In this document: positions 1 through 12,262 of the stretch, piece after piece | How positions within the stretch are numbered: position 1 is the stretch's first letter | How the letters are laid out: each line of letters starts with the position of its first letter | Assembly: GCF_001447785.1 (NCBI RefSeq) | Contig: NW_015170315.1 | Coordinates: forward strand, 26,035-90,034 | DNA from: Gekko japonicus | Lineage: Eukaryota | Direction of reading: 5' to 3' | DNA length: 64,000 nucleotides | The notes under the pieces: model-generated | What the model was told of the DNA's origin: nothing | The model's input: the letters and a program-made list of their open reading frames with translations, nothing else | Database searches by the model: none | Translations under genes and position numbers: made by a program

Positions 1-149
1 AATTACAACTGCTCTTTAGGTAGCAGAGATCAGTTCCTCTGGAGAAAATGGTGGACTCAGTGTCATTATACCCTGCTGAGGTTGCCACAGCAAATTGACA
101 CTGAGTGTCCAAGGCCAGGGCACCTGTCCAGAGCCTCTTTCTAGAGGCC

Positions 150-645
150 GTTGTATTTATTTCCACAACGGCCCTTTTTCCTAGTATTACAATAAGAGAA
201 TTAAAACATTTAAAACAATGCTAAAACCAGTTAGCAATAATACAGAAGTGCTAATACTGCTGTTGCTGAATCAACGGTGACGACCATATTAGTTCTTTAT
301 TCTCATAACTGGTTCCTAAGTCTGCTCCAGGTGTCTTCCAGGCGGCTGGCACAGGCTGATGTTATGGGTTCCAGAGACAGCCGGGCTTCCTTTCCTTCAG
401 CAACAAATTGCTAATGATGTTCAATGGTGGCGGTGGCTCCAAAAGCCTGGAGGAAGAGCTCCGTTTTACAGGCTCTGCGGAACTGTAAAAGATCCCGCAG
501 GGCCCTGATCTCTTCTGGGAGCTCATTCCACCAGGATAGAGCCACCACCGAGAATGCCCTGGCCACGTAACCAACAGTAGTCTTTTGAGGAAGCGGCAAC
601 AACTTCTGTCTGTGGAAATTATGAGCTGGGCCTGAGATTTTCTGA
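150..645 (-). mobile_element. L2 LINE 3' fragment
   Basis: RAFSVVALSWWNELPEEIRALRDLLQFRRACKTELFLQAF; homologous to 44660-44790. Confidence 0.85.
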
Positions 646-1620
646 ATGAGGGCTATCATCCTAGGATTGCCATCTATGGGTTGGGAAATTCCTGGAGATT
701 TGAAGGGTAAAGCCTGGGGAAGGTGGGGTTTGGGAAGAGGCCTCAGTGGGGCATTATGGCATATAGTCCACCACCCAAAGCTGCCATTTTCTCTAGGGGA
801 ACTTAACTCTGTAGTCTGGATATCAGTTGACATTTTGGGAGATCTCCACACCCCACCTGGATGTTGGCAAGCCTAAAGCACGTGACGTTGATGCATGCTC
901 ATCACTGCTTACAAAGCTGTTGGCAGAGTGCTGGACTAGGACCTGGGGGACCCAGAGTTGAACCCCCCTCTGCTACGGAAGCCTGCTGGGGGACCCGGGG
1001 CCAGTCACACCCCCTCAGCCTCACCCACATCACAGGTTTGTTGTTGTAAGAATAAAGTGGAGGAGGGGAGAACAATTCTGTGAGCTACTTTGAATCTTCA
1101 CTGGGGAGAAAGGTAGGGTATAAAATATTCCATGCATGAAGAAGCCGCCGCCAGCTGCTGCCATGAAAGCCGAGCAGGTGAGCAGTCTGATGTCGGCTGA
1201 ACCAGCCACCTCTTCCTTGGGGATGAAGATGCTGCTCAGGATGGCCAGTGTGTCACTTGCCACCCCCACCCCTCCAGTGCCCTAGGTAATCATGTAGGCC
1301 AGGGGTCCCCAGCTTGCTGCCTCTGGGCACCACGGCCACCTGTCAAGACTTTTCCTGGTGCCCACCAAGAGTTTTTGAAAAGTGGGCAGGGTCAGGCGGG
1401 CTTTTGCCCATCATGACTGCTGATTGGCCACTAGAGACTTGATTGGCTGTGCAGATTTTTGAAGACACTGCTTGGGCTGCATCTGCTGCCACAGCACAAG
1501 GATCTTCACTGTGTGACTGGAGGTAAGCTGCTGCAGCCATTTTGTGCCTGCCTCTGCCCCAAGGTTAGGGTTAGTCTTGGTCCACCTAATGGGTGGGCCA
1601 GGCCTCTCTGTTACCAATCA

Positions 1621-1947
<327 letters not shown>

Positions 1948-2946
1948 TCATTTCTATGTAGGGAAGTGATTTTTCACTTTTGGATTCACTACCGATGCCA
2001 CCAGGAGAACATGTTGCCCTGAACATGGAGATTTCCAACAACACAGCTGTACTAAAATGTCAGGATGAGACCTCCTTTTTATTAAGCACTTCTAAAGCAT
2101 ACTGATGCAGCCATCCGGGGCCCTCACAGCTGCATGGATTCAGTCTGTAGGCACATTGTTTGATTCATGATGGATTATGATCTTAACCTGTTTTTCAGAT
2201 ACACAGGGGCTTCTAGAAATTTAAAATACAGATATAAATGAAATGCTTAGGGAAGTTGTTCTGACATCTCTCGTGCAAGAGGGGAGAGCCACACAGGATA
2301 ACTGTCCTGATCAAACCCTTGGTGTACAACCTTTGGAATTATGAAGAAATGTGGTTTCTATCTGAGCTCCTTTCAGAAGACAACAGTCACTTCTTAAGGC
2401 CTAGCGGAGTGCCCCTATGCTAGAGCGGTAACGCTTGGAGAGCAGGCAGCCTCTGAAAACATTGTAAAACAAAATTTGTTTAAAAGTCACAAAATGACTG
2501 TGACCCACTGATGACAGGAAGACTTGCATTATGTAAGAGGCACAGAGCTGGGCAGGAAAGGGTAGGACGGACACCTTTATCCTTGTTGTAGAATCTGCAC
2601 CTCTGCCGTCCCCCCTAATTTTAATCTCTTGCTACTCCACTGAGCGTGTGTGGGGGATACATAACAGGGGGCAAGAGTGAGGGGGTTGCAGCACAGGGTT
2701 GGGAGGTTTCCAGGCAACAGTGGCAATCCTAGTGGGGGCAGGGGGGAAAGCAATCAGGCTGGAACCTGCCTGTGGAACAGCATCCCAGATGTGGTCTTGG
2801 TGGTGGTGGGGCTCCTACCCTCTTGGCTTTCTGGAGTTGTTCCAGAGAGTTTTGGGAGCAGCCCAAGCCTGAACAAAGGGGAAATACCCTGCTGATGGGG
2901 GCATAAGGTCTTTTCGGTTTTTAATGCTTTCCTGTCTGTTGTTTTG

Positions 2947-3163
2947 CCCTGACCTGAATGGCCTAGGCTAGTCCGATTTCATCAGACCTCAGAAGCTAAG
3001 CAGGGTTGGCCCATGTCAATATTTGGGATGGGAGAGATTCAAGGAATACCAGGGTCACTACGCAGAGGCAGGCAATGGCAAACCACCTCTGAATGTCTCT
3101 TGCCTTGAGAACCCTACAGGATGGCCATAAGTCAGTTGTGCCTTGACGGCACTTTCTACCACC
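2947..3163 (+). mobile_element. 5S rRNA-headed SINE with an RTE-like tail
   Basis: gaagctaagcagggt...ggatgggaga matches the 5S internal promoter region; tail ggcaatggcaaaccacctctg...gccttga.aaccc...ataagtcag. Confidence 0.8.
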
Positions 3164-3339
3164 ATCTGTTGTTTTAATGTTTGCTTTATCGAATTATTTG
3201 TACATTGTTGGCCCCCACGTTGAGTACTGAGAAAGCTCAGGAGAAAGGTGAACATATCCATATTGATTTTATATGAATAAACAACCAAACTAGACAACTG
3301 TATGGTCCACGTTTAGATTTACAGCTAAGCCTTACTCAC

Positions 3340-3443
3340 CAAAGGGGGCAGCGCAACACCTGTGGCTGTGCAAATGAGACGGACCACAGATCCATAGCGA
3401 ATGTAGCCTTCTCGGAGGGGGAACTGGGAACAACATTCATCAG
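3340..3443 (-). CDS. RBPJL: RBPJL coding exon (about exon 8), beta-trefoil domain
   Basis: Boundaries taag|CT...TTG|gtgagt, 104 nt. Translates ADECCSQFPLREGYIRYGSVVRLICTATGVALPPL. Confidence 0.94.
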
Positions 3444-4233
3444 CTTAAGACAGAACAGACAGAAAGAGTCAAAGGCTAAAAACAGTGAACAGGAAGTCAG
3501 TTTGACTGCCATGTTACCCTTGATGGAAAATTAGACATTTGAATAACTTGCCTTGTTTTGTATATGGTACTTTGTAATGTTCAAGTGTCACAAGCCATCT
3601 CTGAGTGTCTCTTGCCTTGAAAGCCCTACAGCGTTACCATAAATTGGCTTCGACTTGATGCCACTTTCTACCACTATCTGTTGTTTTAATGTTTGTTTTA
3701 TCAAATTATTATTATTATATTGTTGGCACCCACATTGATTATTTCGTGGGCAGACATGACAAGGCACATTCAATCCCTGTTGCCACCCGCTCTATTTAAA
3801 GTAATTTATTTACAAGAAAAATAGCAATTACAGGATGACACATATCCAAACGCACAACTCTAGGAGGCCAAATAAGTAAAAAAACAAACCCCTAATTGAT
3901 GCCATTTCCAAGAAGTGACAGATTAAAGTCTATTAATCAGAGTTTACCTTATTGCTTTATATTGTATTCATCCCCTGTAGAAAACTTAATGCATTTGATT
4001 TTCGAGTACACTGTGTCACATCACAAGTCTCCTGTGCTCATTTAACATGTTTAAATTACAACAGCGACCTTGTAAAAAATGTTAACTTTATTAACTTTAC
4101 CATCTCTGAATCCTGCTATTAAACGCTCTCTGTTTCTGTAGACCGCCACCCACCCATGGGCACAGTTCCCTCGGTTCAGCGGTGCCAGCGCCTGGCCAGC
4201 GGCAGCCTCATTAATGTCCTGCATGAATTATTA

Positions 4234-4431
<198 letters not shown>

Positions 4432-4635
4432 TCATCAGTGACGCAGCCCTAAGAAGAACCTTTGGGATGTTTGTAATGCAAATTAAAATAAACTGGCATT
4501 GGCAGGAATATAAATTTGAGTCCTTCTGTTTCACATTAATAATATTTTAGGCGTATGTTACTGAAATATTACAAATGATATTGCTTCTACATGATTGCCT
4601 CTTATTCTGGCTTGGCAACATATGAATGGAAAAGC

Positions 4636-5003
4636 CCAGCAGGAACTCATTAGCATAATAGGCCATACCCAACAGCAGGAACTCATTAGCATATTAGGCC
4701 ACACCCATGACAGCACAACTCATTAGCATATTAGGCCACACCCCGTGTTACCAGGCGTGGTCATCCTACCACACCCACCTTTTGCTTCTTATTCTGTTTA
4801 CCTTGTTTGTTGTCAAAACCAGGGCTTTTTTTGGAGCAGGAACTCCTTTGCATGTTAGGCCACACACCCCTAATGTAGCCAATCCTAATGAGTTCCTGCT
4901 GTTGGGTGTGGCCTATTATGCTAACGAGTTCCTGCTGGGTGTGGCCAACTTGGGAGCCAGCCGGAACTCCGTTCCTATGCGTTCCTGCCCCAAAATAGCC
5001 CTG
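4636..5003. mobile_element. Rearranged hAT-like MITE(s) with repeated ggaactcattagcatattaggccacaccc units
   Basis: cagggc...gccctg ends at 4820-5003; three direct copies of the unit at 4636-4745 and inverted copies at 4885-4946. Confidence 0.6.
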
Positions 5004-6063
5004 ATTAGGTGGAAGGGGCAGACGACTCGGGATGCATCTACACAGGTGTAATTCCCTTTTGTAGACTCACTGGCACTGCAAAGACAGAGGCAGCAATGGA
5101 GCACCCACCTGGGATGATTCAGGGCCCCCCCATCCCCTCATGTCTGCCACTGACACCCCATAGAGCTTTTTTAAAAAAAAAATCTAGTTGATATATTGCT
5201 ATAGCAGCAAAACTTCCTCCTGCAGCTGGAGAGGAATGGCAGGTGAGAGTGGAAATGGAAAGAGAGTGATATCAGATGTGAGTAGAGAAATGCAGAAATC
5301 CACACTCTTGCATCCACATGTGGGCTAATCCACTTTGACTCTGAAGTTTTCAGAAACATCAGATCAAACCAGGTTCAAGGTACATTGGAGCAAAGGGGTT
5401 GGGGGAGGGGGGATCCATGGAAGGCAAATGAGAAGAGGACGACATAATGTGGATGTTCCAAAAACGGTCCAGAGTGCTGTTTGAGAGCTGAAGCAAAGCA
5501 AATCCTTCATATGAAAGAGGCTGGTGACTTTTTGTAACAGTGTCGCCCACATTGTGATTTGCACAGGAAGCAAGAAGGGTCCCAATATATGGTTGGAAGG
5601 CACGAAGCTTATATTTGGAGCTAAGCCAGTCTGGGTCTGGCCTAGATGTGAGGCCTCGTGGAAACCTTATGAACCTGGCCTAAAACAGTCTTGATTGTGG
5701 GCAGCATTTCTTATTGGGTGACCGGTGCAGGGAAGTAAAACTTAAATTCCTCCTTTCTCAGTGCTTCAGCCTTAATCCATACTGGGCTGCAGGTAGATTA
5801 CATGTTTAGGGATCTGATTACAGAGCCCCACACCATCATGTGAAGTCTTGCTTTTGGGGGAAGGGCAGGATACAGATGCAATAAATAAATAGGTGTAGGG
5901 GAGTCATGGCGGAAGCCCGTTCTGCAGCCCATTTTTCTGTCCTCCATTTGACCCCACAGTAAATCCCTTGTCTCCTCTTTCCTAGCCATTATTCTCCTAG
6001 AGCTCAATGACATCTGCTGTACACCCCCAGGGCCTAATGGGAACCTGGTATTCCTAACTACAC

Positions 6064-6355
6064 CAGTTTGGTGTAGTGGTTAAGTGCGCGGACTCTAATC
6101 TGGGAGAACCGGGTTTGATTCCCCACTCCTCCACTTGCACCTGGCTGGATGACCTTGGGCAAGCCGTAGTTCTGACAAGAGCTGTCCTTGAAAAAGAGCA
6201 GTTTCTGTCAAGAGCTCTTTCAGCCCCACCTACCTCACAGGGTGTCTGTTGTGGGGAGGGGAAGGGAAAGGAGTTTGTAAGCCGCTCTGAGACACCTTTG
6301 GGTAGTGAAGGGCGGGGTATAAATCCAATCTCTTCTCCTCTCCTCTTCTCCTCTT
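6064..6355 (+). mobile_element. tRNA-derived SINE (Squam3-like)
   Basis: A box tggtgtagtgg, B box ggtttgattcc, CT-rich tail. Confidence 0.85.
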
Positions 6356-6386
6356 CACGTGCAATTTATGCTGCACAACATAAAAC

Positions 6387-6647
6387 AGATTTATACCCCG
6401 CCCTTCACTCGGAGTCTCAGAGCGGCTTACAAACTCCTTCCCCTTCCCCTCCCCACAACAGACACCCTGTGAGGTGGGTGGGGCTGAGAGAACTCTGACA
6501 CAAACTGCTCTTTTTCAAGGACAGCTGTGCCAGAGCTTGTGACTGACCCAAGGTCACATCAGCAGGTGCAAGTGGAGGAGTGGGGAATCAAACCCGGTTC
6601 TCCCAGATTAGAGTCCGCGCACTTAACCACTATACCAAACTGGCTCT
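6387..6647 (-). mobile_element. tRNA-derived SINE (Squam3-like), inverted relative to the 6064 copy
   Basis: Reverse complement of the same family; near-identical to 43453-43720. Confidence 0.85.
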
Positions 6648-6769
6648 AACTCACCCTTGAACATCCCACCCTTCCTAGAGTTCGCCTATATTCCTATAAC
6701 TTCCTGTTGTATCTGCTTGTTTCATCCTGCACTAGGTTTTATTTTTGCCAGTCTAACAGTAGTTGAACC

Positions 6770-7003
6770 CTGACCCAGACAGCCCAGGAGAGCCTGATCT
6801 CTTCAGATCTGGGAAGCTAAGCAGGGTTGGCCTTGGTTAGTATATGGAGGGGAGACCACCAAGGCAGTCCGGGGTTGCTATGCAGAGGCAGGCAATGGCA
6901 AACCACCTCTGAATGTCTCTTGCACTGAAAACCCTGGGAGGTGAGGTGGGGTGGGGTTGGGTCACTGTAAGTCAGCTGCAACTTTACAGCACTTTCCACC
7001 ACC
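6770..7003 (+). mobile_element. 5S-headed SINE; other copies at 28577-28790 +, 34657-34880 -, 39143-39520 +, 40250-40475 -, 41710-41922 -, 46525-46690 +, 55410-55607 +, 57085-57275 +, 59923-60126 +, 60887-61045 +
   Basis: cctgatctc.tcagatct.ggaagctaagcagggt.ggcc.tggttagta..tgga.gggagacc, followed by the same tail. Confidence 0.8.
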
Positions 7004-7254
7004 AAACAGTTAGTTGGGGAGTCTCACACACCCTCTCCAGGTAAACTGATTACTCTTTGGATTGGTTCTAGTTTTGAACCAGCCTCTCTTTTTAACCCTC
7101 CCTTCTGTTTTGCATAAGTTGGCCTGATGGATGTACACCTCAGATGTCTGATGAAGGGAGCTCTGACTCACAAAAGCTTATATGGACTCCTCTTTTATTC
7201 TACCACTCTTCCCATCTTTCCCTGTGGCTTAGAAGACCTAACAAATGCGCTTCA

Positions 7255-7464
<210 letters not shown>

Positions 7465-7646
7465 TCAAGGGAGAATAGCTGTGAGGACAAAACGATGACA
7501 TGGAAACAAAACGAAGACATGGAAACAAAATCATGTTGTCCCCACTATTTAATTTTAGGTGGGTCACGGAAGTTGTGTTTGTGCAGAAATTTTGACGGGG
7601 AGTTTGACTATTCTGCTGATTCTGCTGAAGATATTCAGGGCAAGGA

Positions 7647-7858
7647 GGGGCCATGGCTCAGTGGAAAAGCTTCTGCTTGGCATGTAGAAGGTCCCAGGTC
7701 CAACCCCCAGCATTTCCGGTTAAAAGGACCAGGAGGAAGGTGATGTGAAAAACCTCTACACGAGACCCTGGGGAGCTGCTACCAGTCTGAGCAAAGAAAA
7801 ATGACCCTGATGGACCCATGGTCTGATTCAGTATAAGGCAGCTTCATGTGATTCATGT
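7647..7858 (+). mobile_element. tRNA-headed SINE with a CR1-like tail (copies at 22070-22222 on minus, and 40160-40520 split by a 5S-SINE)
   Basis: Head ggctcagtgg...ggtcccaggt.caa.cccc; tail atggtctgattcagtataaggcagcttcatgtg. The TSD caatccccagcat flanks the insertion in the 40.2-kb copy. Confidence 0.7.
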
Positions 7859-10244
7859 GGATCACTTTTTATTGTGCTTTTAATTTGCTATGTTAGATTG
7901 CAAACCACTTGGCCTTGACACAGAGGCCTGGTTATACACCTTCCTGCCCCCAAACAAAGTAGCAACAACATACAAGGGGGGAAATCGATTCCTTCTACTG
8001 AGAAATAAGATTGCAAGGCATCCTTTCATTGAAAAGAAAACAAATTGACCTTCACAGGGAGTCAGTGTGAACTGCCACTGATTGGCTCAGCTGACAACCA
8101 ATAAGCATGAAATATGGGTCAAAACAGCTCCCACTGAAACACATAATACTCCCCATTCAAAGCTCTTTGAGGTTCACGTAAAGGGGAAGGTGATTAGAGA
8201 TGTTTTTACAGGTGGAATGAAGAATTCAGTGACAGTAAAGGCTTTATTTATTTTGGGGTTAGGGAAATCCAAATGGAAATCAGTGTTCACATGCAATTTA
8301 TGCTGCACAACATAAAACAGATTACAGCTCCCAGTCATCTTGGCGCTCCCTCTGTTCTGATAGCCTTTGCTTTCACAACAAGTCAAGCGTAGCAAGCACA
8401 AAAGTCCTCTCTGTAGCTTTTCTGGCCCTCCTCTGGTCCCCACATTCTTCTGAGGCTGGAGATAATGCTGTAGACATTTTTGCTCTACAAGAAGGTGCCA
8501 AGTTATCACTGCCGCTCTTGATCTTTGGGTTTTCTTTCGCCACTTATCTGCCAACGAAAGAAGGCACTTCTGCTTGGCAACAAGCAGCATCAGTGTTCAT
8601 CTACAGGGGCCGATGGCTTTGCAAGGCACGTAATTCCTGGCAGATCCCCAGCTGCAGAGAGTGCCAAGTATGGATGGACAAAAGCTCTGACAGATGGGTT
8701 TCTTTGAAGACCCTGAAATTCTGACTTTTTCTGGCTGCCAATGTGGCAATGCAGGGTGATGGTGCAGAACTGGAAATGGTGATTTGTGAGGAGGATGCTG
8801 AAGTTGATGGCAGGGGATAACTGAGAAGTTGCATGTCGTTGAACATTCTTTGGGAATGGGGAAGAGATCTGACTGGCTTCTTCAAGTGAAAACCCAACTG
8901 CTGCCAGGTTCAGTGCAGGAAACTAGGTGACTTCTTTCTAACTGGACAATGGGTTGGATCCAGTGGTCCATCAGCAGAAGGAGGTGACATTTGCGGATCT
9001 TTCTGATGTTCTGCTCCCCCAGCAGCCATTTCTGACACTGGGAAAGTTTATCCCTGAGGTTGCAGGAGCTGTGTGGAGTCATAACTGTGCTGGTTGGAAG
9101 ACTGCATTGGGGAAGGGGAACGGGGCAAAATGGACCTCCTTTCTCACAGAGCTCCACTGACAGAAGAAGAAGAAGAAGGGAGTGATTGTACCTCCTTCCA
9201 CTGCATGCCACCCAACCTGCAAGGCTATTAGTCCACAATGGTCCTGCAACCCGAGGAAGAAACTTCCCCAGGGTCGGAACAGGCTGCTGAGGGGAGGGGA
9301 ATGCTGGAAAGATCCACGACCCTTGAGTCTGTGTATCACTGGATCCAGCCCCAATGACCTAGGGCCATTGCACAGGCTCCAGAGAGGCAAAGATCAGGAG
9401 TGGCCTTTACTGATTTTGTGCCTGTGACACCGAAACCTAAGCTGTGTGCTCCTTTCTCTGCAGATGGTCTAATGGCCACTGGCTGCTGCTGCCGTGGGTA
9501 AGGAGCTGCCATCTCCTCCAGCTGCTGGGAGGCTCCCATGATGAAGCTTTGCACACTAGGTTCTATTTCATCTGGCATCTATGTCTGTGTGACATTTGCC
9601 AGCATGTAGCATAACGCTAGACTAGACTTCATCCAAGGGCAGAGTGCCTAACTAGGGACAGGCTTCCTCCAAGTTTCCATTACTCTGAACATTCAAGCAA
9701 TCAAAGGCTGAGATCAAAGGCCTTTTAGAGCAAATACGGCCTTGGGCCATGAGGGATCTTCCTTCCATCCAGCCACTAGAAGTTTACAATGTCAGATGGG
9801 TGTTGCCTCTTCCTGTTCACGGCACCGGCTGATTTCCTGAGGGATTTACACCCCCTGCACCAAACCCTTGGCAAAGGCTGTGCAGCTGTAGTATTGGTTG
9901 TTTAGTGCCAAAGCAGGGACGACTGTAAATCTCTGCTGGGCCATTCCAGTTAATCGCACTGTTCATGGAAGCTGACCCCACATCTTTTTCAATCAACAGT
10001 GATACCGTGATGGACAGCTTCCAAAGCTGGTCCATGCTTAGAGAACCAGAAATTGAAAGGATGGTAAAGATTGGTGCTGAACCAAATGTTCACTCCATTT
10101 AGATTTTGCATCATCACGGGGGAGGGTCATCTGAAAGGGTATTTTTATTGGAATAGTCACCCATTTCTCCTACATTTAGGTGGTCCCAGCAAAGCAAGCT
10201 TAGAAGTATTTCTCTTGGTATTGAGCCCCACTATACAGAAAAAG

Positions 10245-10490
10245 GAGCTGCGGTGGCTCAAGTGGTTAAGACGCTAAACTGCAGGCTGTGGAAGGGCAGT
10301 AGTTCAGCAGTTCGAGACCCGGGTGCCGCAAGACGGAGTGAGCTCCCGTCTCTAGTTCCAGCTCCTGCCAACCTAGCAGTTCGAAAGCAAGAAATTGCAA
10401 GTAGATAAATAGGTACCACTTTGGTGGGAAGGTAACAGCGTTCCGTGCGCCTTGGTGTTTAGTCATGCTCGCCACATGACCACGGAAACT
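10245..10490 (+). mobile_element. Sauria SINE, 3'-truncated and fused to an hAT MITE end (10488-10544)
   Basis: tRNA-like head (gtggctcaagtggtta...gttcgagacc) and a body near-identical to the 19087 copy. Confidence 0.85.
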
Positions 10491-10577
10491 TGGGAACCAG
10501 CCGGAACTCCGTTCCTGTGCGTTCCTGCCCAAAAATAGCCCTGCCCATGCTGCGTTGAGCCACATTATGTGGTTTAC

Positions 10578-10693
10578 CTTGGAATCTGCTTGTTCCTCAA
10601 AGTTTAATTTCTGAGTTTCCACATGGCTGCTGCCCACACTGTCCAGCCCCATGTACCCACATACTTTGCAACTGGCTGCCATCCGATCTTTAG
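10578..10693 (-). CDS. RBPJL: RBPJL coding exon (about exon 5)
   Basis: Boundaries ccag|CT...AAG|gtaaa, 116 nt. Translates AKDRMAASCKVCGYMGLDSVGSSHVETQKLNFEEQADSK; CGYMGLD and ETQKLNFE are RBPJL-type motifs. Confidence 0.93.
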
Positions 10694-11337
10694 CTGGAAA
10701 AGAAAAGGAGAGAAGAGAAGGACATTACAGCAACGCCTTAGAACTTCAGACTGTTACCAAGGGAAGGAAAGAGAAAGAACAATTAATTCTTGCTTTCTGT
10801 TTTCCCATTTCCACTGTAATGAGTGGATCTAAAGGAGAGTGATGTGAGTCATTTATCATGTGGTTTGTGGAGGATGTTAGTATTCATCTTCTATGAATCG
10901 CACAGCAAACATATTTGATAGGTGAATATATAATATTTGACAGCTGCCATCATCCATGAGCCAAACGTCTCATCTGTTTGTCTGTCCACCTTGAACAGCT
11001 GTCAAACAGCTTTGCAGCTGTGCAATAGCTGGGGTGGTGAAGTTTCATTTTCTGACCCCAGTAGGGGCTTTTGCATCTGCACAAAAGGTGAGGTGATTCT
11101 ATCCAGGATCATGGATGGTTGAAATAATTAAATGATGTGATACGCCTGGTGCTATGCCCCCCTTCCATATCAGGTTCCCCATGAGCCAAATTGCACACCA
11201 GGAGTTCCAAAAAACAGAACTTGGTGGCATCTTGTATAATTTTTTTCCTCAAAGATCTTGGGATAATCTCAGCTCTCCCTTTCTAAAGCAATGCCAGCTT
11301 TTGTATGCTCCCTTCCCTCGGTCCCTTCACGTGTCAG

Positions 11338-11665
11338 TAGGGTTGCCAAGTCTACTTACCTTGGCAGCGGGGGAGCCTCGCCGGGCTCCGGGAGCTCTCT
11401 GGCGATGCATGCCGCCAGCACATCACAGGAAGTGACGCGCTACATCGCTCACGTTGGGGGCGTGGCCCCGATCGTCAGAGGGGTTTCCCTCCGACGATCG
11501 GGGCCACACCCCCAACGTGAGAGACGTGGTCGCGTCACCTCTGGTGACACAATCATGCTGTGCTTCAGGGGGTAGAGTTCCCCCCGGGGCCCGATTTTGC
11601 GGCGGCGGAAATCGGGCCTCCAAAGCGGGGGTTTACCCACCACCTGCCCCCATTTGGCAGCCCTA
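11338..11665. mobile_element. hAT-type MITE with a long internal palindrome
   Basis: TIRs tagggttgcca/tggcagcccta; 8-bp TSD cgtgtcag/tgtgtcag. Confidence 0.9.
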
Positions 11666-12043
11666 TGTGTCAGTAAACCATAAGACTGTAAAACTCTCCC
11701 TGTGGTATGGATGCATTTCCTGCAGCTGGCAGTCTGCTCTCCAACCCAACGGCCCCAGGCCTTTGTGGTGTTTCTTCAGGCTACCAGTTGACTTCTCTGT
11801 GTCCATTGCACTGATTAATCTGTGTAATTTAGGAAACAGAGGCCAAAGTAAATTCTGGGCCTAAGTGGACTGGCCACCAGAGGCCTACTAGGCCCAGGGA
11901 GCCTGGCTAGCAGTAAGGGAGGCTGGGCCTACAAACCCCAGAAGGCCTTGGGAAGTTTTGGTGCCGATTTTGACCAATAGGGAAGAAGAGGGCTGGGGAA
12001 CTGGTACAACAGGAAAAGCTGTTCTTCTTCCCAGAGGGCAGAG

Positions 12044-12262
12044 TAGGGCTGCCAGCCTCCAGGTGTGGCCTGGGGATCTCCTGCTTTTACAACTGATCTC
12101 CAGCTGACAGAGATCAGCTCCCCTGGAGGAAATGGCTGCTTTGATGGGTAAACTCTATGGTATTGTACCAAGCTGAGGCCCCTCCCCTCCCCAAACCCCG
12201 CCTTCTCCTGGATATATCCCCAAAGTCTCCAGGTATTTTCCAACCCAGACCTGGCAACCCTA
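12044..12262. mobile_element. hAT-type MITE (relatives at 662-875, 12746-12964 and 50836-51025)
   Basis: TIRs tagggctgcca/tggcaacccta; perfect TSD gggcagag. Confidence 0.93.
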
